Assembly (NCBI GenBank): GCA_010093745.1
Contig: MU005993.1
Coordinates: 62,001-126,000, forward strand
From: Piedraia hortae CBS 480.64
Lineage: Eukaryota
Length of the DNA: 64,000 nt
Reading direction: 5' to 3'
The notes beneath the pieces are model-generated. The model did not search any database. It was given only the letters and a program-made list of their open reading frames with translations, and was not told where the DNA came from. How positions within the stretch are numbered: position 1 is the first letter of the stretch; the number at the start of each line of letters is the position of its first letter. The position numbers were made by a program, and so were the translations under genes. Below are positions 1 through 9,869 of this stretch, piece by piece.

Positions 1-3000
1 GTCTACAAGCCTCAGCGTGATGCGAGACGTGTCGATTTCACGGATCATGACATCGCCAGTTTCATTGAACGTCTGCGTTTGTTTGCGAGCCTTGGCCGTG
101 GTGTGAGATGGGAATACTTTGTCATCAACAAGCACCTCCAGATAAGTACCCGTGTGAGCCAGTTGGGCCTCGAGGAGTTGTAAGACCATCAATCCAGACC
201 CGTAGTGGGCCACATCTTCGGGGCCGATGCGTATCTTGGGAGGTCCTGCAGGAGCCTCTGTCTCCGCAAGCGCCTGTGCCTGAGCTTCGGCTGCTGCGGC
301 CTTGGAATCAGCCTTATCATCAGCCTTGGGATGAGCCTTGGGATCGGTCTGGACAGATGACGTCTCGGCCGCCTTCTTCTTTTCCTCCTCCACCTCTTCC
401 GGATCGGCCACGTTTAAGCAGGGGTAAAAGGCAACGCTGAAGTTCAGAGTGCCCTTCGGCGTGCCCGAGCCGATACGCAGCGGAGCAGCAATCATCTTGT
501 TCTTGGTATCACACGGGGCATATTGTCCCTCTCGCAGCTCCTTGACGTAGTCGGCAGCCGAGACTTCAAGCTGCCCGAGCGTACGGTCTTTGCCCGTAGT
601 TTCCTCGTCCATGACCTCGACAACGAGCTTTTCACGGGTCGAATGAACAGGAATATAAAACACTTCGTCCCACTCAGGGCTCAAATTGTTTTGGAACGTT
701 AACGTCCGGGCTGCCTCAATGCCGGACAAAAGAATGCGGGCGTAGGGATCAGACTTGCCAAACGCTTCGGCATTCTTCAGGTCCTTGGCGGACTTCATGT
801 AGAAACGCATCACCCCAATCGGCGTCACGTAGCCACCACCGCTGCCCATAGCACCCTTGAGGGCTACGGGCTTCCACTGCAACATCATCTTGACCCGCCC
901 CGTCTTGGCCCCGGCAATATTGTACCATTCCTGTCCTTTGCTCATGAGGTCGAGCATGTCGTCCACCTTAATCTGGTAGGTGCCCAAGATGGGGTCAGCC
1001 GCCAAGTCACGGTCGTCCTTGATCACCACCCCGAGCTTCGCCCTCTTGCGGTCCGTGATAAGGATGTCCTTGCTCGCGTCGGGCCAAATGGGGTTGTTTG
1101 TACGCTTCAGTTTCTTTGACACCTGCACCTCCTTGCCATTCAGCAACAAAACGGCATACGGATTGAGTGCGCCAATTAAAGACTTGGAGCCGTCCAAATC
1201 CTTGGCTTGCTCAACTGTGAATTTCGCAATACCCGTGGAGCTCTCTGGCGGCGGAATGACTGTACCGTCCTCCATCTTTTGGCCCTCAAGCACTGGGAAG
1301 AAGCGAATGTCGGCCTGCACTACTCCGCGAGCCCGTCCCGAAGCAATGACCTCCAGCTGCAGATTCTCGTGCTGAGGCTGGGCTTCCAGCTGGTCGAGAT
1401 TGAAGGTGCACACACCCAGCGACTTGTCCTTGCGCATGTCATTGTAATCCCACACCTGGATGGTAAGCGGCTCACGCAAGCTGCTGAGAATGATGTTGAC
1501 AGTCTCGTTCCAGCGAGGGCTGGCGTTCTCAGGCACCGTCTTGGTCTTGGCGAGCACGTCACGGTTGTTAATACTGACGGTAGCATAGGGATCAGGAGTG
1601 CCTGAGAACTTGTCGGGGTTCTTGAGTCCAGCGGCACCGTGGAACGTGACCTGCAGGACGCCAATAGCCTGATCAACAGCCGTACCAGCCAACATCTTGG
1701 CAATTTCGATGGGGAACACATTTGGATCGTACATCATCGGGGCCAGATTGGCATGTATCTGCTCTTGAATGAAGCTCTCCAATCCCGGGATGAAGTTGAT
1801 ATCAAAACCAAGCATATCGCCGCCAATGGGCTTACAAACATAGTCGAACTTGGGACGGCCCAAGAAGCAGATCTCGACACGCTCAATGTGCGGGAACGGG
1901 AGTTGCAGCTTCATCTTGACGCGCATTGTGCCCTCGCAGGCCATATCTTCTACAATGATATCCATACCCTTCGAAATCATGGCCTTGCCAATGCGCACTT
2001 CAAGTACGATTTTGGGGTTGATTTTGTTCTTGATCTGCCTTGCCGTAAGATCGGCGACGTCGTTGGGTGTAAAAGAGAACTTCCAGTCCATGAGAACGAT
2101 GTCGTCGTTGGCCTTGGGATACGTCTTTACGTGCTCCAGACGCGGGGGTTTGGTGCCCAGAGTGAAGGATTTCAGTCGCATACTGTCCAGAAACGCCGGA
2201 GTTGCCGTGCTGAGGACCTGGTCGACAGACTGGATGATGGTGGTGCACAGTACGGGGGCATAGATGGGCCAGAACTTGACGAGAAAACTGTTGATCCACT
2301 CCAACGTCTCCGTGTCCGTCTCCAGCTTCGTCATCGCCTCTTCGCGTCGAATATCATCACGGAAGTTGCGGCGCACGCGGCGGATCGAAGTGCGGTAATA
2401 CGTGCCGCAGGCCGTCATAACGAGGAAAACCCATCCCAGGCCGCCGCCCAGGATGGCCACCGTCCACGACGCCAAGCAGGCGAAGACGATGATGGCGGCG
2501 TTGTGGTACCAGTCGCCGAAATATTTGTCGTCAAGACGCGTCTCCAGCAGCGTCGCATGGTCGAGCATGCTGCCTTCCTCGTCGACCTTATCGCCGAGAG
2601 CCCCGAAACGCGGAGCCCAGCCGACCTTGCTGAACTGGTCCATGTCTTCGGGGTTTCGCTGGACCTCGCCGTCCACGGGCGCGTCGGCTGCGGCCACCGC
2701 GCCGGCTTTGCTAGCCTCCGGCAAGGCGTAGCCGGCCGTCTGGCCATCGTCTTGATCCGACACCAATGTTGCTGTGGGGTGTTTGCGATGCGGCCGCTGG
2801 GACCCGGCCTGTCAAGACCTGTCAGCAGCTGTCGACGAGAGCTCCGGAGCCTTACCTGTTTCATCTGCTGCGCCTTCTCTTCGGGACTGGCATCGGGGTT
2901 GAATTCAAAGGCCGGAGCTCCAACAGCTCGAGCTTCCCGCAGCACCGTCTGCTCCGCCGCTTCGGCGTCGACGGAGCTGTTGGGGTCGCGGGCGGCCTCT

Positions 3001-3053
3001 AGCGCTCCCTGCGACTTGAGCTCCGCCGCTCGGCCGGCGAGCCCTGACATCAT
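1..3053 (-). CDS. TCB: Tricalbin (SMP + multiple C2 domain ER-plasma membrane tether); 3' end runs off the window
   Basis: Exon 1 3053-2856 (MMSGLAGRAAELKSQGALEAA...PAFEFNPDASPEEKAQQMKQ), GTAAG..CAG intron 2855-2809, then a long frame with KVGWAPRFG, TM hairpin, ETLEWINSFLVKFWPIY (SMP) and C2 repeats (GTPDPYATVS, GKSDPYARIL). Missed by the ORF track because exon 2 has no start codon. Confidence 0.93.
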
Positions 3054-3447
3054 GGTTGGACTAGGAAATGATTACAGAGAGGTTCAAAGGAGTGCTACAA
3101 GAAGTGGAGGGCTTGTGGTTTGGGTCAACGTGATGGCGGCAGTGGTGAAGCAGGGGAAGGTGTGGCTCAGCTCGGGGAGGGGGGGCTCGTGCAAGCAGTC
3201 GCTGTGGCTTGCGCGGCGCCTTCTCGCTTGCCGGGTGGGGTCAATCAATTTCAATCAACTGTCGGTTTCGCACCGCCGCTGAAACAGAGCCATTGTCCTA
3301 GCAACCGCCCTGTATAGTGCCAAGACGCACTTCTGAAGCAAAATCGAAGATGAAGATCATCATTAAAGACTCTATTTCTAAGTGTACAGCTTCGTAATGT
3401 ATATGGTGTCATGTCCAGTCTCTATGCAGGAAACAAGAGGGCAGTGA

Positions 3448-5784
3448 TTATTCGTCGCCATGGTGTCCAGCACCATTGTTCAACGGCTTAGAGATTGCTT
3501 CGTCTGCATCCTTTTGATCCCAATTGCCCAACCATCCATTGGTTTTTGGCGGTGGGGTTGGCGGAGCGGCCGAATGGTGTGTTCCTGGCCGCGAGCCATC
3601 TCCATTGCCGGGGAAGGCCGATTGGCCATTGTAGCCTGACGTTTCGCTGTCGTCGTAAAATGGAGATGGATAAACGCCAACAGCCTTCACCAGCTCGATG
3701 ACGGCACTCGTAAGATTGCTAGCAGCAGCGTCTACTAAGACCACTGGAGACAAGCCGTTTGCCATTGAGTGCTGCTTGGTTGCCGTAATCAAGCTGTTCG
3801 CAGTGCCCGTCACCCTCGCCAAATGACGAGCGGTGTCGTCGGTCTGTGACTGTGCTCGAGAAGGTGGACGACTACTGGCCGCAGTCACGGCAGAAGTCAT
3901 GGAACGCACACAGACGATAGTCTTCTTAACGCTGCAAAGCATCTCGTGTGGGTCTGTTTTCCTCACACTTTGGAGAAGATCATCGATGGTGGTTTGAAAC
4001 TGCGTGAGGTCTGTATCCCGCACCAAACCGTTTTCTGTTACGAGTCCTTCAAGATTTGGTCGGAGAACCTGGCCCAGTCCCGCAGTGGAAGCTCTCAGGT
4101 TCCTGTTCTGGGCCTTGATTTTTGCATGTCTCTGGCGCCAGTGATCCACCTGACTCTCTAAGTGCGCAACTCTAGCCATTAGACGCTCTTCTCTCTCCAT
4201 TGCATCGTCGTTTTCCCGGCTGAGGGCTCGCATCTCTTGCAGATACGCCCTTGCTTCGCTCCGAACCTCTTCTGCCAGCTTTTCTTGTCTGACTAGTTGT
4301 TCCTGAAGGCCGGAAACGTGCTCCTGGCTGGGTCCGTCCCTCTTCGTGGACTGCAAACTGAGAATTTGCTGCCTAAGGACCTCATTTTCTGCCTGATGAT
4401 GTTGCAGCTGACGCTCCATGTCGCCCTTGGCCTCGACCAGTTGCATCTGCAGGTCTTCAACAACAGCATAGTGGCTATCGCCGAGCTCATTACGCAGGTC
4501 CGTTAGCCTCAGCTCGTGCTGAGCGAGAGCATCTGCATTTTCCCGCGCTTTCTGCTCCTTCAACTTATCCAGCTCAAGCTGCAGAGCCTCGTTTTGTTGC
4601 CGGAGGCTGAGATGACTGTTCTGGAGCTCCTCTCGCGCAGTCTCCATTTGTTTCTCTCGCTCTGCAAGAGTCTTTTTGAGGCTATCTATTTCTCCGTCTC
4701 TCTCCGCCGCCACCCTCTCCATCTGCTCGACTTTTGCCTTCAGCTCATCAAGCTCCTCCTGTTGCGCTTTCAGCTTATCCTCGTCCACGCTGCCTATCTT
4801 GAAGAAACCGGGGCTGTTAAGTCCCGCCAAAGCCTTGTCCAGGCCGAAATCGTCTTCGACCTCCTCGTCACCGCTTCCGTCGTCTTCCATCATTGTACTC
4901 TTAGTGGGGACAATGGTTTTGCTGGCGAGGGGGCGTGCAGCGATGGGAGTCTGGCTACGCGGCGGCAGATTATGAGCAGGATCTCCTGGGCCCAGCCGCA
5001 AAGGTTGTCGGCTTCCGGATCCAGGTATGGGTCCCATTGGGCTTAGCGGATGCATCGGACTCAACGGTGGAGCTCCCAGCGGACTCAGAGGAGGCCGCGT
5101 GTTGAGGGCGCTGCCACTACTGCCCGGACGGTCGGGGTCCGCTACATTATAGCGTGGAATCCGCCGCTCCAACTCGTAAAAGACATCTGCCGCCAGCTGA
5201 GTGAAGCGTGGAGGAGGCAGCGAGGCCAACCTCTGGCGGGCCTGATTCCGCTTGGGATGGAAATCGCGCTTGGGGGGTAACGCTGGCGGTACGTTGGGCA
5301 CACGCTTCGTCCGCATATCTTCTCGTCTGATTAGCTCGTCGTACACGTCGGTACTGAGCTCCATGAACTGCGTGGCTGATAGGCGGAGCAGCTTGTCCCG
5401 CGCTTTGTTTGGCCTGGAATTGCCCTGTTCGTCACGCAACTTGACGGCCAGGTAGTCGCGGAATACGGCTTGGTGTTTCAGCAATCGATCTTCGTGTTCT
5501 GGACGCAGGAGACTCCGCCCGCTGTCCCGGACCCCAATGCCGGAAAAGCCAGTGACATTGCTCATACTGGACGACGGTCGTGTCAAGTCCACTGATCCGC
5601 CGCTAACCGATGGCCTGGAGCCGGTGGTTCCTGACGGAGACGCGGGTAGGGGATGCATCGCATTCGACGCAGCGGGAAAGTTGGGCTCTGCCGGAGTTCC
5701 CGCCGCACTCGCGGGGCCCGACGCGAAGGACGTGGGGCTCGCCGGAGTCCTGGGAGGAGGCCCGAATTGTCCAAGAGTCGTCAT
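3448..5784 (-). CDS. SPA2: Polarisome scaffold Spa2-like protein (GIT/Spa2 homology repeats, coiled coil)
   Basis: 778-aa ORF with RPNKARDKLLRLSATQFMELSTDVYDELIRR and PKRNQARQRLASL Spa2-homology motifs, a central coiled coil and a C-terminal GLSPVVLVDAAASNL motif. Confidence 0.9.
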   Translation of the reverse strand: MTTLGQFGPPPRTPASPTSFASGPASAAGTPAEPNFPAASNAMHPLPASPSGTTGSRPSVSGGSVDLTRPSSSMSNVTGFSGIGVRDSGRSLLRPEHEDRLLKHQAVFRDYLAVKLRDEQGNSRPNKARDKLLRLSATQFMELSTDVYDELIRREDMRTKRVPNVPPALPPKRDFHPKRNQARQRLASLPPPRFTQLAADVFYELERRIPRYNVADPDRPGSSGSALNTRPPLSPLGAPPLSPMHPLSPMGPIPGSGSRQPLRLGPGDPAHNLPPRSQTPIAARPLASKTIVPTKSTMMEDDGSGDEEVEDDFGLDKALAGLNSPGFFKIGSVDEDKLKAQQEELDELKAKVEQMERVAAERDGEIDSLKKTLAEREKQMETAREELQNSHLSLRQQNEALQLELDKLKEQKARENADALAQHELRLTDLRNELGDSHYAVVEDLQMQLVEAKGDMERQLQHHQAENEVLRQQILSLQSTKRDGPSQEHVSGLQEQLVRQEKLAEEVRSEARAYLQEMRALSRENDDAMEREERLMARVAHLESQVDHWRQRHAKIKAQNRNLRASTAGLGQVLRPNLEGLVTENGLVRDTDLTQFQTTIDDLLQSVRKTDPHEMLCSVKKTIVCVRSMTSAVTAASSRPPSRAQSQTDDTARHLARVTGTANSLITATKQHSMANGLSPVVLVDAAASNLTSAVIELVKAVGVYPSPFYDDSETSGYNGQSAFPGNGDGSRPGTHHSAAPPTPPPKTNGWLGNWDQKDADEAISKPLNNGAGHHGDE

Positions 5785-6225
5785 GGTGTGTTGGAGACCT
5801 GTCCGTCCACAGCGAACACAGGCGAGAAATCCGTCCCTTGTATGGGCGTTCCCCGCGAAGTTCTAAATTTGGCCTTTGCTTCGCCATCTCTGATTTGTCC
5901 GTCCGCGCCCCGCGGGAACAGCCGCTGCAGGTCCTGAAAACGTCAACGACCAATCGCGGGAGACATCGCTTGACCTCTGCCAAATCCCTGCCAGTGTAAA
6001 GCCGTCACAAAGAATTCAAGGATGAGCTGGCCATGCCAAGGCTGAGGATACGCATTGTCCAATCACCAAGCTATGAACTACCCTGTACGAGTTTTCGCTG
6101 GTCGCACTCGGAAGGGTAGAGTGTGTACGTGGAATCATGTTTTACTGGTCTTGGGTGATATACATGGGCATAAAATGGCAGATGATTTCCTAGAGTATAC
6201 GAAAATTTCTCTGATCTATTCAAAA

Positions 6226-6455
6226 ATGCAATTCAAAATCTTGACGACTCTGCTGTTCCTTTCTGCCGTGCCGGGTGCATTCGGGCGAGCACTTTGCCAA
6301 TCTGAAGATCACGAGGGAATCTGTCTTCCGATCGAGTGGTGCACAAGTGGTATTCTATGCATTCTTGTTATGAGACTCATTTCAATACTGATTTCTCAGG
6401 GAATGTCGTCTATGATATCTGCAATCCTGGGAAGACTGAATGTTGCCTTGATTGA
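6226..6455 (+). CDS. Small secreted cysteine-rich peptide, copy 1 (apparently intact; beta-defensin-like Cys spacing), 59 aa
   Basis: Exons 6226-6349 and 6400-6455, 50-nt phase-1 intron GTATTC..ACTGAT..CAG. Translation MQFKILTTLLFLSAVPGAFG-RALCQSEDHEGICLPIEWCTSGNVVYDICNPGKTECCLD*: hydrophobic signal peptide plus 6 Cys. Confidence 0.85.
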
Positions 6456-6659
6456 TATCAAGTTGAGAATCATGTGGAGCTATTGTGAAAACGAACGAGC
6501 CTACCCATTTTGAACATCGGAGCAGGTCGTGTTGATCAATGCAGGGTATGATTTACTGAGCTCAGCTTGTTCTCGCTTCACACGTTCCCTTCGTGATACT
6601 CGAAAACCCTGTGACGAAAGTACATCATGCTTAACCGAGAGAATTGGCGGAGACGGTGA

Positions 6660-6725
6660 AAGATACGATCCATAGCCGAGCTGAAGCACCCTACACCTTT
6701 TTTGCTGATCCGAGGAGATATATTA
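6660..6725 (+). promoter_or_regulatory. Upstream block + TATA-like element shared by peptide copies 2, 3 and 4 (also at ~7165-7231 and ~8275-8341)
   Basis: AAGATACGA..TAGCCGAGCTGAAGCACCCTACAC / AAGATAGGATACTTGGGCGAGCTAAAGCATCCTGCAC / AAGATACGAGACTTAGGCGAGCAAAAGCATCCTACAC, each followed about 20 bp later by a TATAT(A/T) motif. Confidence 0.6.
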
Positions 6726-6829
6726 TCAACAGACGCTATTTTACTAATCCACCAACGCTTCCAAACAACGAGCAATTCTCTTCGTCGTGCTGTCAAAGGC
6801 CCTCAGCATGGTCTTGTTCGCCTCCCAAA

Positions 6830-7062
6830 TTGCAATTCGAGATTCTGACTGCTTTGTTGTCCCTTTCGGCCGTGCCGGCTGTGCTTGCCAAGGCATGCGA
6901 ACATGAGGGGCGCCAGGGACTATGTTTCCCAATCGAGAGGTGCACAAGCAGTATGAATCGTTGTTCTGATTTCCACCCTAGATCTGATTGTTTAGGGGAT
7001 GTAATGCACAGTCTCTGCGGTCCACCTGGGCGACAGAATGTTGTTTTGATATGGCAGCCTGA
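6830..7062 (+). pseudogene. Cys-rich peptide copy 2 (start ATG>TTG; frameshift in exon 2)
   Basis: TTG-QFEILTALLSLSAVPAVLA-KACEHEGRQGLCFPIERCTS, intron 6951-6995 at the same position as in copy 1, exon 2 RDVMHSLCGPPG. The conserved TECCFD then lies in a different frame (GGG CG ACA GAA TGT TGT). Confidence 0.8.
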
Positions 7063-7288
7063 GGTGCTATTGTGAAAGGCAGTCCATTCGATTCACTGAG
7101 TTGAGATTGTTCTGCTTCGCATATTGTCTTTTGTCATACTCTGAAACTTTGTGACGGGTGGCGTAAGATAGGATACTTGGGCGAGCTAAAGCATCCTGCA
7201 CCACTGCTGCTCAAATAGGTAGGTATATAGGAGGCAGACATAACAGTTCTTCACACCGCCAACGCGTACCCTGACATTCACCTCCAAA

Positions 7289-7513
7289 ATGTAGTTTCAA
7301 GTCTTGATGACTCTGCTTTTCTTTCCTGCCATTTCGGCTGTTCTTGCTCGGACATGATGCGAATATGAGAGCCACGAGGGAAACTGTCTCCCGATCGAGA
7401 TTTGCACAAGTGGTACGCATCCTTGCACCCCCCTTCACCTCAAGATTGACCTTTCAGGGAACATGATCTACGATTCCTGCGTTCCTGGGAGAACTAAATG
7501 CTGCCTTGACTGA
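7289..7513 (+). pseudogene. Cys-rich peptide copy 3 (two premature stops)
   Basis: Exons 7289-7412 and 7458-7513 (same lengths as copy 1): M*FQVLMTLLFFPAISAVLART*CEYESHEGNCLPIEICTSGNMIYDSCVPGRTKCCLD*. All 6 Cys are retained; intron GTACGC..CAG. Confidence 0.85.
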
Positions 7514-8401
7514 TGATGTTTCGTGCTCGGAATGTCCTAATGCATAGTGCGGTATTGCTCAGATACATCATAGGAGAGTCAGTTGTTCCTGGTCCTGGAG
7601 TATCTTGTGTCCACTTTTGACCATTCAAGTGCAGATAACAGGTCTGCATCGATGCAACAAGAGACAGCAGCTCACCGATACCCTGGAGGTGCACCCCTGC
7701 TCAGAAACCCATCGGAAAGTCTCACTAATCCATCTTCAGAGGAAGCGTGCCAGCACAAAGAGCTACATATCACCCGTGAACTGGGATGGAAACATTCAAA
7801 AAGCATGCCAATCTAATGTTTGAACTGGGACGCGTCGATCGAGCTAGGTTTTACCCATATATGTTGGTTGTTGAGCGAGCAATTCGCAAGTGTGCACGCA
7901 GTGGGGATGTGCACGGATTATGAGAGTATGCCTTTTGGATTTAAGTACGAGCTATGGATCCATAGTATCCAATTTCAGACTTCGAGATGAATTTGACTTC
8001 CCAAATTTCACATGTCAAAACTAAGTTTCGTTTTTTTCACAACTAAATTTGCTTATCATATGCACGTACAGCTGGGGAAATAAGCTAACAGTGTTTGCGC
8101 GCTAAAGTACAATATTAAAGAATATCGGCTCGATATTTTTCTCCGGTGTAGCACAACTGGAGAATATATTCCCATATGCTTACACGTAGTCTCTGATCGA
8201 AACACTTCAACTCTGAACCTCTATGACGGGGAGTACAACCTCCTGCTTAGCCGAGCAGATCGGCGAGATGGCATAAGATACGAGACTTAGGCGAGCAAAA
8301 GCATCCTACACTATCTCTGCTGATTCAAATAGGTATATAAGCCGCGGTTCTTCAATTGTCGACCCCAAGAAGCACTCAAATAACAAGCAATTTTATCAAC
8401 C

Positions 8402-8649
8402 ATGCTGTCAAAGACACTCACCATACTTTTTTTCCTGTCTAGTGTGGCTGTTGTGTATGGCAGTGGCTCATGCCGAGTTGGTGGTACCCTGAGTGGCACC
8501 TGCAAGCCGTACTTCGACTGCAATGTTACGTATTCTTCGTATCAACTCCAGAATTACAACTAATCAATTGAACAGGGCCTTATGTCGCTGGATGCATTGG
8601 TGATCCTGTTACAAAATGCTGCCTCGATGACGCGGTGACTGCGAAATAA
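8402..8649 (+). pseudogene. Cys-rich peptide copy 4 (divergent; phase-1 splice donor apparently mutated)
   Basis: MLSKTLTILFFLSSVAVVYG-SGSCRVGGTLSGTCKPYFDCN, then exon 2 from 8576 (xG)PYVAGCIGDPVTKCCLDDAVTAK*. Joining in frame needs a phase-1 donor at 8526, which reads TTACGT instead of GTACGT. The nearby GT donors give other frames. Confidence 0.7.
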
Positions 8650-8811
8650 TCACCGAGAGAGATTGATGTGTAAGACGAAGACATGAGACCTGGGTAGCTC
8701 CTCATCATCTATTATGTAACTATGCCTCCGCTGATCGTTCTCTCTATCTACAACGACCACCTGAAAATCATGCCATCTAAAGCCCCATTCATCTAACAAT
8801 TCGCCCCTCCC

Positions 8812-9534
8812 TCACCTTCCCCCCCCCTCCTCCCCCGTCACCCGCCTCACAAACCCTTCATCTGGCCTCAACAGCAAAACATGAAAATGCTCAATGGCAT
8901 GAACACTCTTCAGCGCGGCCCAGTTCTTAAACCAAACCACGCCCTCACTTCCAAAGGTCTCTTTCACAAACCCCTCAACTTTCTCTTTCACCTCAGGCTT
9001 CAACCTCCCCTGCCCCCCCTCCTCCTCCTCCAAGGGAAACTTCGTCCAAACAACAAGATGCACCACTCCCTCCTGCACGGCATACGGCCAGTCATTCCTG
9101 AGCACCTTGCAATCCCTCGAATCCTCAAAGAGCCCCCCCCTAGGGGTAACCGGTTCCGTCCAGTTAAGTCGTTCGCGGAGCATGTAATTCATCACGCTGC
9201 CGTGCGTGTTTGTGATTTCGTGGCAGTAGGCGCGGTATTTTAGGAGAGAGAGGGGCGTGCGGATGAATTTCTCGAGGGAGTTGGTTTCTACAATGGCGAG
9301 GATTGTGGGCCAGTCTAGGAGGGGAAAGGAGGATTCGGGAGTGGAGAGGATTGCGAGGTCTTTTGGGTTTGAGAGGGCGTAGAGGAGGTAGGGCGGGCAG
9401 GTGGGGGTTTGGAGGGTAGGGGGGAGATTGGTGTTCCAGAATTGGGTGTGTTTGTTGGGGGGAGTGGAGGGATGTTCATTAGGCTCGTTGATGTGTTCTT
9501 GGGAGGGGTTGTGAGAGAGGTCGTTGGATGGCAT
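8812..9534 (-). CDS. GIG1/DUF3605-family protein (N-acetylglucosamine-induced protein-like)
   Basis: 240 aa with KVLRNDWPY, VHLVVWTK and WFKNWAALKSVHAIEHFHV motifs typical of this family. Confidence 0.8.
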   Translation of the reverse strand: MPSNDLSHNPSQEHINEPNEHPSTPPNKHTQFWNTNLPPTLQTPTCPPYLLYALSNPKDLAILSTPESSFPLLDWPTILAIVETNSLEKFIRTPLSLLKYRAYCHEITNTHGSVMNYMLRERLNWTEPVTPRGGLFEDSRDCKVLRNDWPYAVQEGVVHLVVWTKFPLEEEEGGQGRLKPEVKEKVEGFVKETFGSEGVVWFKNWAALKSVHAIEHFHVLLLRPDEGFVRRVTGEEGGGR

Positions 9535-9869
9535 GGTTGTTGGGTTCGGAATGTCGATTGTGAAGTAGTCGTCCGTCTATGGCTTTGCGGGGTCGAGTTG
9601 ATTGGTTGGTGGGTTCTCGGAAGGACAGAAGGAGGAAGAGGCTTGAAGGGGTATGATGATGTGCGATTCCCTGCGTGTGCTTACACGGCCTGCAATGTGT
9701 AATGTTTTCCTGTGTTTCTCTGATGCATTGGTGTACCGCTAGCACGGACACATATTAGGCCGAGGAAAGGCGCCGAATTGCTGGAGTTGCTAGTTAGTAG
9801 GATGGGATGATTGGGAGTCGAGTAGTCAGGATCTGGCTGGATTACTATGTACTGGTATCTCAAACATGA

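Noticed and set aside
1639..3282. 547-aa plus-strand ORF
   Set aside because: Antisense shadow of the tricalbin CDS; no recognisable motifs.
6055..7075. ORF-track calls of 152 aa and 143 aa
   Set aside because: Unspliced read-throughs of peptide copies 1 and 2. The spliced models explain the signal peptide, Cys pattern and paralogy better.
7289..7360. Rescue of copy 3 by A-to-I editing or stop readthrough
   Set aside because: Codon 2 aligns with Gln (CAA) in paralogues, so editing would not restore the ancestral residue; ordinary mutation is simpler.
7861..7950. Short frame MLVVERAIRKCARSGDVHGL* as a further peptide relic
   Set aside because: Only one Cys, no signal peptide and no CC-containing exon; likely chance.
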